DNA of 64,000 nucleotides from Schmidtea nova (Eukaryota). The notes under the pieces were generated by a model. The model did no database searches and had not been told where the DNA came from. It saw only the letters and a list, made by a program, of their open reading frames with translations. The translations under genes were made by a program, and so were the position numbers. The stretch's first letter is position 1; each line of letters opens with the position of its first letter. Below, one piece after another: positions 12,201 through 23,900 of this stretch. The stretch spans positions 333,064,001 to 333,128,000 of the forward strand of contig CM097882.1 in NCBI GenBank assembly GCA_044892505.1, given 5' to 3'.

Positions 12201-14696
12201 CTTTGCGAAGATATGGGCAGCATACATAAAGCTTTATTGCTCCATACCGAAGTACGGTGGTTGTCTCGAGGGAAAGTCCTTGTTCGACTATTCGAGCTCC
12301 GTTCCGAATTGGGCACTTTTTTCATGGAAAACAGAATGGATTTACAGGAAAAACTGACAGATAAACTGTGGCTGCTTCGACTTGGATACCTCGCCGATAT
12401 TTTTTCAAAGATAAACAAAGTGAATATGTCACTTCAAGGAAAGCAAGTAACAGTGTTCACAGCCAATGATAAAATTGAAGCTTTTAAAAAAAAATGGAGT
12501 TTTGGATCATTTGCATTCGCTCTCGTCAGCTAGATAGCTTCACAATACTTAAAGAATTCTTCGATGAAATTAATGGCGACATTGAAGAAAGCGACTACTT
12601 TATGTTGTGTGATGAAATTCGTCAACATTTGGAAGACATGCTAAGTTCAGTAAAACAGTATTTTCCAGATGAGCAGAATGAAAAGCTTAAAAATTACACA
12701 TGGATTAGAAACCCATTCATAGTTCATAAAAAGCCAAAAGAATTTACAGTTAAGGAGTACGAAGTCTTCATTGACATGATTTCAGATTCATCATTACTAC
12801 CCATATTTGAAAAAGTATCTTTGCCAGAATTTTGGTGCACTTTAAGACAAGAATATGCAGATTTATCAATGAAAGCTGTTAAAATACTTCTTCCTTTCGC
12901 TACCACTTATCTGTGCGAGTCTGGATTTTCTGCATATGCTGCAACAAAAACAAAACACCGCAACAGACTTGATGCAGAAGCTGACATGAGAATTCAACTC
13001 TCAGCTATAAAGCCAGACATAAAAGAATTATGTGAAAATAGGAAACAAGTCCACTCTTCGCACTAGATATTAGTGCGATGAGTGGACTTGTTTCCTATTT
13101 TATTATGTTTTTAATAATTTATGTATATTTTTGTTGCAAATAAATTTGTTGAAGTACAAATATATTCATTAATTCTTTTTATTTATGAATTTGTAAATAT
13201 ATATATTATAAAAAAATAAACTTCACTTTGGAGTTAGGCATCATCGATTGGCATATACACACAATTAGTCATTAGTGAACCACTGGGGTTCCGTAAAAAA
13301 ATTTATGGCTTTGGAGGGCTCCGCAGCTCAAAAAGTTTGAGAACCGCTGCTCTACAGCAAGCTCTGATGTAATATTCAATAATAATTTGCTAATTGGTGA
13401 CGTCATATACTTCTTTTAGAAAGAAGAATTCTTTATTATTTTTTACATTTTTTGTAGCTTTAGATATAATAAGTCTTTTAAAATAGTTTGAGATATTTTA
13501 ACGCTAAATTGGAAAAGCATGACGAAACAAAATCAGATGAAACAAAATATTCTTACACGGTAGTGATGGAAGGCAATGGACTTAGAAGATGCCTGGAGAA
13601 GCACTTGACTCTAAAAATTTAAAACAGACTATCAAATATGATAAGTTCATTATGTCACTGCACATTTTCAATATCATTAGAATTGGTGATTTTCACATTA
13701 ATGATACTCTTACATCTGTTAAGTTTTTTTGGGTCCTTTCAGGCCACATGGTACCATCTGCAAGACACTTAATTGGGAAGAACTTCATATTAAAACAGGA
13801 TAACGACATAAAGCTTACTCCTAAAAATACCAAAGAATGGTTCAAAAGTAAAAAATAGTATTTACATGGCCAGCTCAAAGTTCAGACCTGAATCCAATTG
13901 AAAATGGTTAAGCCGTAAAAAGAGATATACGAAGAAGGTATTCGAAATATTAAAGATTTACCATGCATTATTGAAAAATAGGGAATTTCTTTACTTATGA
14001 TTATTGAAATTACCTAGTTGGATCAATATACAAAAGGATTGATGATGTCATACGTTTTTAAGGATTGTGGACTAAATATTGAATTGGATTATTTTATAAT
14101 GTAAAAAGTTAAAATAAATTTATATTTAATAAAATGGTCCGATACTTTTTCTTGATAAAAATTATAATTTTGTTTATAAAGTTATCATATGCAGAAATGT
14201 TATGTAAATAATATTATATAAAACAATTTCTTTTTGTTCTCTTTATAAATATGTGATGATTGAAATATTAAAACAGCATTACTTCAAAAAATTTTTAAAT
14301 CTAAATGGGTGGATAATTTTTCTTTACCTGTTAAATTTATTTACATTTACATTTACATCATTTACATTTGTGATAAAGATTAACTTCTAATAGTAAACCC
14401 ATTAGCATTGCGTCATATAAAAAGTGATAAAGTAAATAAAGGTAAATAAAAGAATACCACATACTAGACAACACAAACATTTCTATGTATTCAAACAATG
14501 AATTGCATATACCTTCCTTCACATATTCATCTTTATTTTGATTATGCTTGCTTTTAAATAATCACTTTTTTCTAAGGAATTTCCTCAAAATATTTTAATA
14601 TATAATCTTTTTACATTGTATTATTAAAATTGGCTTGTTATCTGTCTCCATATCTTGTAATCGACTTTTTGCCCGCTTCCGATTAACCTTTATAAC

Positions 14697-14781
<85 letters not shown>

Positions 14782-17700
14782 TGATGACAGCGCAATATTC
14801 TGTGTATAACCCCAAAATTAGCCCCCCGTTGATGGTGATACGGTCCACTGCGAAATATAAAATTATGTGAATATCGTACATTGATTTTTTGTAATAGAAG
14901 GCTATTGATTTTTTTATCTGCTATAATAATTTTCATTTAATAATAATTTTAATTTAAATAATTTTAATTAAAAATCTATGTAACAGAAATCTATAATACC
15001 ATGTTCTTCAAATTTTTTGAATGGTACTTGTTTAAGAATTCATTTACAAAAATAAAACTTCTAACAAATAATAGTACATATGTCATATTTTTACCTTAAT
15101 ATTACACTTTAAAAATTATTTAAAATGTTTTGAATAACATTTATCTTAACGAGTTATTTTTCATAGGAAGTTGAATGCATAATTAGCCAAATGATGAATG
15201 TTGCTGGTTATCTAAATTGGGATACGGAAGAATTATTGCCGGTATTTTATTTTAATATAATTAAAATGAATTATATTATACGAATTATACGAATATCATT
15301 TTGCTCTCTTTTCTTAAATTTTATTTGAAGTTCTATAGCTTAAAACTTCAAGCACAGAGTCTGCTTTAATTTTATAGGGGCTTTAGACTATTCCCTTAAT
15401 GAGGGACCTGTCGATTCATTATCGCTACGACTACAGAAATATGAACAATTTTTAATTGTCTCATGCTTTACTCTATCCCATGCCTTATTCACAAAATTAT
15501 TGCATCCAATAAATTTAAGTTTATTTTTCCACCCGTTAATTGTGAATTTTGGCCTAGTCAGGTTATAATTTCCTTGATCATCAGTTCAAGGTAAAATAAT
15601 CTTTAATTATTCCGTGTTCGAGAGGTTGAGGTAAAATGGTTGTATTTGTTGATAAATACATGATCTCAATATTTTTAGGTCTTCGATCGGTAAATGATAG
15701 GGTGCATTATCAATAATGAAAACTTTATGCTTATTTTCTTTTTAGAATTTTTTTTTCCAAACATCTTACATATTTTTCTGATTTCGATGTAATCATCCAT
15801 ACTTTCTTATTTGACGAATTTATTTTGAAAACTCGAGGTTTTGAGTATTTTCCAATAACAGGAATGGGTAGGTAGTCACAAGTGCTCTACTTAATTTACC
15901 ACCAATAGATGATTTACTTTTAGTTGAGAGGTTTTTATTTGGTTATTTATATTTACTCTAATCAGTGTAAATTTCTGGAGAAACAAATACACTTTCACCG
16001 ACTTTATCACGGAATGTTATTGAGTTTCTTTTTTACAGCTAAAAAATTTTAGTAATTTTTGATTGATGCTGTTGGTTATTTTTTTAAACTAGAACTTGAC
16101 CTAAATTCTGTTAGTTCTTTGATAACTTTTGTGTCTTAATGTGAAATCTTTATCTTTCGAAATACATAAATCTTAAATTAATGATCTTTATGATTGTTAT
16201 TTATTCACATCTTTGTAGATTTTTATTTCTAAAATTAACAAATGTTAATAATATTTAAGATTCTTCAGCAAATGATGAATGAAATTGATTATGACAATGA
16301 CGGAGAAGTAACGTTAGAGGAATGGAAAAGAGGTGGAATGACGAATATTCCATTACTTGTATTACTCGGGCTGGATACTGTAAGTATAAAAATAATTTTA
16401 ACTTAAATTTAAATAATATAAGTATGCTATCAAATTTTGTAATAATAATTGAATTTTGTTTTGTTTTTTTTGCATTTGGATTAATTATAAAATAATTTGT
16501 AGGAAGAATGTATTATTAAACAATTAATGTTGTTTTAATATTATGAAAATGTGGTAAAATAGAATTTGAAAAAACGTTGTGTCTTACAAGCTATCCGGGC
16601 AATGGAAATCAACAAGATCATAATTGAAAATGTTGGAAAATTCGATGGCAAAAATACAGATGTGGAAGAATGGTTCGACAAACTCGAAATTATTTTGGAA
16701 GCCAAGAATGTGAAAAATGTCATGAATGTAATGCCATTTTTACTTGAAGGGCAATCTTATGCAGTTTTCAAACAGTTAAAGAAAAGCAATACGACAATGG
16801 AGTTTTGTATGCTGAAGAAGGAATTATTGAAAACCTTCGGTATGAGCGAGCAAGAAGCTTTTACGAAACTTTTACAGAAAAAGTTATTAATGGGTGATAA
16901 CATGGATGTCCATGTAAATGAATTAAGGTCACTGTTGGAATGTTCAGGTGATCTATTAACCCGATTTTTTGTAAATAGCTTACCAAGTGATTTGGCAAAT
17001 CAACTAAAGATGTCAACAATGAATGAGTTAGTCGCTTAAGCAAAGAAAATCGCAAGTCATCAATTTTATGACAATGAAACGGTTGCAGTAGTAGTACCAA
17101 GATCAGATAGTGGAAGACAAGCCAATCGAAAATGCTATATATGCAATAGTGCTAATCATGTGGTAAGATACTGTCCAGAAAGACGTAACATCAGATGTGC
17201 AAAATGCGGTATTATGGGACATATTTCAAGGTTTTGCAAGTCGGGAAAAGATCAAGGAGCTACACACAATGTGGAGTCGGGTGTGGCCCCAAGAATTGTG
17301 AATATGTGAGACTCCTAAAAGTAAATGGTAATGTAAAAGCATGTTTAGTTGATTCGGGCAGCACTACCACTATAGTAAAAGGAAATCCACGAAAATCGAT
17401 GACTGCGGTAGCGATGCTTGATGGTTCAATCATATACGCTGAGCGAAGTACAGTTGATATATTGGTTGGAGATACGTTATTTAATATTGATTGTTTAATA
17501 TACCCGAAACTGGTATCCAATTATGATGTAATTTTAGGGGTGAATGCTATTAATAGGTTTGGTGGAGTTCGATTGAATAAAGAAGCTATATTCGGTTGTG
17601 AAGAAGCACCTTGTCACGTAGCGTGCTCTAGTAGTAGCATGTCAGAAATATTGAAGGAAAATTTCTCTGTGAAATTTGAAAACTAGAAATGGATTGTCAA

Positions 17701-20700
17701 ATGGAATTGGAAGTCAGAGCCGCCGAAATTTCTACCTAATAGAAATTTAAACTTTTATGATAATTGTAGTAAGGATCAGGAGACGATGCGTATCTTGAAC
17801 TCTTGGATATCTAACAGCTATTTAGTTGATTATGACGAGAAAACAATGGGTAAACCGATCGGATCAGTACCTATTTATGGTATAATTCAGTTAAATAAAG
17901 CGAAAGTGCGTCCAGTATTTGACTTTAGGAGTATCAATAAATATATTGATGTATATAGTGGGAATGCAGATATCTGTTCTGAAAAATTACGATCATGGAG
18001 ATGTTTAAGTAAAGAATTTGCAATGTTAGATTTATCTGATGCATATATGCAAATACACGTGGATAAAAGTATGTGGCGATATCAATCTTGTATGGTTATC
18101 GGGAAGAGATATGCGCTTACGAGAATGGAATTTGGATTGAATATCGCGCCAACGATAATGACAGAGATTGTGAATAAAGTATTGAACAACAATGAATCAA
18201 TCAAGAGTAGCACAAGTTCATACATAGACGATATATTCGTAGATGAATCTAAAGTCAAAGCAAGTAAAGTAAGTGCAGAAATGCGTAAATTTGGTTTGAT
18301 ATGTAAAGAAGAAGAAAAGGTCAAGGATACTCTCAGTATAAGAGTATTAGGTATTGATGTATTTCGAAAGAATAATGAACTACACTGGAAAAGATCGAAC
18401 GATATTCGAATGAATGAATTAAATGAAGGGCTTTCAAGAAGAGAGCTGTATTCGTTATGTGGCCAGTTAGTTGGAGTTTATCCTGTGTCTGGGTGGTTGC
18501 GGCCAGCTTGCTCATATATCAAGAGGCTATATAGTGGAAATTGGGATGATTCAATAGAAAATCATATCGTTGACAAAGTAAAATGGTTATTAGAAAGAGT
18601 GAATGAAAGAGATCCATCGTCAGGTATTTGGAGTGTTACCAGCAATCAGACAGGCATAATTTGCTGCGATGCAAGTTTGATCGACATTGGAATTGTATTA
18701 GAAATGGAAGGTTCAGTGGTTGAAGATGCATGTTGGTTGCGAAAACCTGATGATTCAAGACACATTAATTTGGTCGAATTAAAAGCGATTGTGAAGGGTA
18801 TTAATTTATGTATTAAATGGAATTTAAAGTACATCAAAATTAAATCCGATAGTAAATCAGTCGTATGTTGGGTTAACAGCATATTATCAAGCGACAGAAA
18901 AATACATACAAAATCAAATTCAGAGTTGTTAATACGACGAAGGCTGGAGCTTTTAAAAGATTTAGCGACTGAGTATGAACTTAAAATGGACATTGAGTTT
19001 GTATCTACAGAAAATAACAAGGCTGATGTATTAACGAGAGTACCAGCCAACTGGATGATTATTAAAAAAGAAGTCGCAGCTCTAGGCAATCAAAAAAGCT
19101 CAAAAGATGTGTTATTAGAGATTCACAAGAATTGCCACGTAGGGAAAAATAATATGCGATTCTTAGCATCGGAAGCGGGGCTACTGAATATGGATAAAGA
19201 GATCTCAGAAATAATTGCAAGTTGTAATCAATGCCTATCAATTGACCAAGCCCAGGAACGTGGGGAAAAGGTGACCTAAGCTGTGATGAAAATTGGTGCC
19301 GTTTAGCAATTGATGTAGCTAAATTTGCTAAAGATAAATATTTGACAATTATTGATTGTGGACCATCGAGATATGCAATCTGGAAGAAAATTTAGTATGA
19401 AAATTAATGCTTTAAATGAAGTGAAAAATTAATGCTTTATGGAAATTAATGAAAATTAATGAATTTTATGAAAATTAATGCATTTATGAATTTTAATGAA
19501 TTTTATGAAAATTAATGCTTTAAATGAAGTGCTATATGAAAGAGGAGCTCCAAGTGAAATATTATTAGATAATTACTTATCTTTTAGATCTAGAAAATTT
19601 CAAGAATTAGCAGATAAATGGAATGTTGAGTTGGTATTTAGAACAGTGAACCGTCCAGGGGGAAACGGGATCATTGAACGCAGCCATCGGACAATCAAAT
19701 CGCTAGCAGCTAGGTCCTCAGGATCAATCGCAGAAGCTGTGTACTGGTTCAACAATACACCAAACAACAATAATATTTGTCCATCTAAAGCTATATTTAG
19801 ATATAATCCAAAGCTGAATTTGCTAAGTTACAATAAAAAAGAGATATTAATCGAAGCAAAATATTCTGCTGGTGACCCGGTATGGATAAAACCGAATATG
19901 AACCAAAAATGCACAGAAAGATAGAAAGATGGTCTTATCATCAAACCATTATCAAATACAAAATTTTTAGTCAGATGTAATGGATATGATATGCCACGAC
20001 ACGTGGGTGATATTAGAAAAGGTGTTGTTAAAGATTCAGATGAATCTGGTGGGGATGTAGGAAGAATGTAATATTAAACAATTAATGTTGTTTTAATATT
20101 ATGAAAATGTGGTAAAATAGAATTTGAAAAAACGTTGTGTCTTACATAATTATTTTTAGAATATCAGTTAATATACATCATTTCTAAATTGAATCTATTA
20201 TAAGCAGACACTTGATGCGTTACATTCACGCAATATTTTTGAAGTTTCATACAAAATAGTCTGAAAAACCTGTAGTCATTTATAAATTTGATCGTTATAA
20301 TCAGGGGCTCAGATTATCTCCCACAGAGCTCTCTATAATTAAATAGAAATCAACTACAAGAACGATAAATTAACGAGAAAAATAAAAGAAAAAAATACAA
20401 TTTAACCATGATGATATAAAGTATGAACAAAGTTATTTAATGTTTATAAGATTAGTTCGTGAAAGTAGGAAGTTCTTGACGAATATGTGCAGATTTTTTT
20501 GCTTTAACATTTTTCTACACATTTTTCTACACATTTTAATATTTTTTTTACAATTTTTCTTCTAACATATACATTTTGACAAGTAAAAATCTCTTACTAA
20601 TTTAAAAAGATTGATAATTTATTAAAAAAATGGAGACCGAAATCCGAACAAACCTAATAATTTTTTTAATTCAATAAACCAGGGCTTCTTAAACTTTTGG

Positions 20701-20940
20701 TCGCGACCCTAAATGGGGTCGCTTAAGAAAGTCCGGGAGTCGCGAGATTTTAATGTAAAATATTTAAATACACGAATTTATAAAATCTAGTTTTGTATTT
20801 GTGACATAATAAATTCAATTTTACAACTTTCTGTGCAATTTTTAATTTTAAATTTTTGTATGTTTCTAAACAAATTCTAAAACTATATTTTTTTAGATGC
20901 ATGTAGATCGTTAGCTAATCAATAAACCGTCACAAAATAT

Positions 20941-20976
<36 letters not shown>

Positions 20977-23900
20977 CTTTTATAATTATATGGGGTCGCA
21001 AAAAAATTCACAATTATAAATGGGGTCGTGAATGGAAAAAGTCTAAGAAGCCCTGCAATATACCGAAGGATTAAAAAAAAGAATATTTAATATATTTGCA
21101 TCCGCAGATACAAAATTACGTAGAAAAAAACGCAAATCTTTAAGTAATTTAATTATTCTCTCGGAAGCTCACCGAAACGTAAATTTTCTTTGTCTATTTC
21201 AGAAACAGTTGGTAGATCTACCTTAGCTCCAGAAAGATTTACTCTTTTTTTCGAATCCAATAGACCTCAATTTTCCACTTCACACGTTAAGCATTTGCTG
21301 GCTTTTTATATTATAACTGATTAATCCATCATCAACGTAAATCCTGCTGTTTACGTGTAATATTATTATTAGTAATTTATTAATTCTCTCGGAAGCTCAC
21401 CGAAACGTAAATTTTCTTTGTCTATTTCAGAAACAGTTGGTAGATCTACCTTAGCTCCAGAAAGATTTACTCTTTTTTTCGAATCCAATAGACCTCAATT
21501 TTCCACTTCACACGTTAAGCATTTGCTGGCTTTTTATATTATAACTGATTAATCCATCATCAACGTAAATCCTGCTGTTTACGTGTAATATGTTAATTGT
21601 ATTATTATAATACCTCCACAATTGACTGTTATTGCATTGCTCGGAATATTTATTACCCACAACTATTTTAATTGTCGATCCCTTACTCAGCATCACTTCC
21701 CTGATTGGACTGCTATTCACAAGGCCAGTTTTAATTTCCGGTCTCTTAGTATCGAGTGCTATAGCAGTTGGACGGAAATACGGTTTGAATGTGTCAACTG
21801 CTGCTCACACTAATTTAATTGTCTCCTCGTGATATTCATAAAGTATCATCGCTGGAATGCAAAGGAGCAACAGTCATTCCAGCAGAAATTATTTTGTGAA
21901 GAACTGTAACCAATTTGTTAGCTTGTATAATCATACAAATGATTCCAGAATTTCTTATGATACATGGTTCGTCGTTGAAATTCAACTTGGACACATGTTA
22001 CGGAAATTTCTCAATTAATAATGATAATATTTATAGCATCTTTATCGATCCATCTTGAGTATTAATGACTCTTGAAAGAACATTTGGATTTAATAGATCA
22101 TGAATTTTAACTCAAAAAACAAAGATAAAATTGCTGCCAAAATTCTTTAACAAATGTACCGTCATTTTTTAATAGTATCTGTGGTTTACTTACCAGTTAT
22201 GTATAATTATTTGTTTTTATAATTGTGTGTGTCGGTATTGACAGTTTGGATTCCCCCCTTCCAATTATTTGTAGGCAGTATGATTTTTATTATAAATATA
22301 AATTGGAATAAATAATAAATTGTAATTTGTAATGATAATTATAATAATAGTGGTAATTATGATTATTAAATTATGAATTTGAATTTGGCTTGCTATAGCA
22401 AATTGCTATAGTAAGCCAAATTTCAAATTAAAAAAAATTGATAAAATTAAAAGGATCGAAATTATTTATGAAAGTTGATTGTGAAGAAAATATTTATACC
22501 CAAAAGAAAATCAACTAAATTAGATTCAGAATACAGAGAAATTAAAAGAAAATAACAGAAGAGAAGATTCAATTAAAGAGAAAGTAAATCCTGCTGAAAA
22601 TAAAACTATAGGACTCTTAGAATAAAGTTGAAAACTAAACAACAGAGAAATTAAAAGAAAATAACTGCAGAGAAGATTCAGTTAAAGAGAGAAAATCCTG
22701 CTAAAAATAAAACTAGAAATCTTGGAATAAAGTAAATTTTAGTGATTTCTTTTATTAATACATTTTTGGAAGTTTATAATTGTGTTATTAGTTTAATTTT
22801 TGATTTTTTTGTACTTTAAAGCACGATTACATAACAAGCACCCGAGTGTCTCCACGCTGTTTGTGGAAGACTCTCGCGGGCTCTACAATTTCCTGACATA
22901 CACACAAAATAAATAAAACAATTTTTTAACAAACATTAACATTCAAAGCATTAAATAACAGTATCAAATTGAGAAATCTAAAATTTAAAATAAACTCTCG
23001 CATTGTGATGTCATTTTGATTCTGAAGGTATTGTAAATAATTTTGCTTAAATCTTTTATAAACTCTTTAAAATACATTTTATCCATTTGCTGGCAAATTT
23101 TTACTGTGAAAACCATGAGACAAATGATTATTTTGAAATTGTGTATTATCGGAATTGAGGAATAACATTAACTTGAAATAATAATTTAATATCAATCCAT
23201 TATTTATCTTTTAGCGGTGTTATCAACTCACAATAAGTCATAATAATCAACCAGCCAATCATATTTTTTGAATTCCGATTTTGATCAATTAAAATATATT
23301 GAAAATATCTTTGATTTTCTGACATGTGATGGATAATGAAACTATTCCCTCAGTTTAATGCGATTAACTTTCTGAACAATTTCAAAAATTTAGTTTCAAA
23401 GACATTGAAATTATAATTTGTTGGTTCAAGATATCTCGATCCATCTATCTTCATTTTAATTAATTTTGAAATTTTGAACAATTTTTTAAATAATAAATAA
23501 TTAAATCCATCAAAAACTTTTAATATCAATATCAATAATTCCCATTATAGTAAGACTAGAGATCAAAATTTCTTTAAACAAGTACTCAATATTTCGGCAC
23601 AGCCTTTATCAATACACACTTGATAAAGGCTGTGCCGAAATATTGTGTACTTGTTTAAAGAAATATTGATCTATAGTCTTACCATTTTAAGAATTATTGA
23701 TATTAATATCGAAAAAAAATCAAAGGTGAAACAAAAATATAATTATGATATTTAAACAATAGTTTAGTTTTAATTCTCCAAAATTTTAATTTAAAATTTA
23801 AAAACCAAAATTTATTTAAAATTTACTTTTTTAAACCTAATTCTTACTTATTTTATATATTAAAAAGAAACCAAGAAAAGAAACTTCTAAAAACATAATT

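Noticed and set aside
16498-16600. Tf1-style self-priming for the compact LTR families
   Set aside because: The complement of the post-LTR 12-mer is not present in either LTR of family A or B.
21508-21720. YVDDGL read as a reverse-transcriptase motif
   Set aside because: The surrounding sequence (ALDTK.PEI.TG, KK.VNL.GA.VDLP) shows it is the pyruvate kinase IYVDDGLIS motif.
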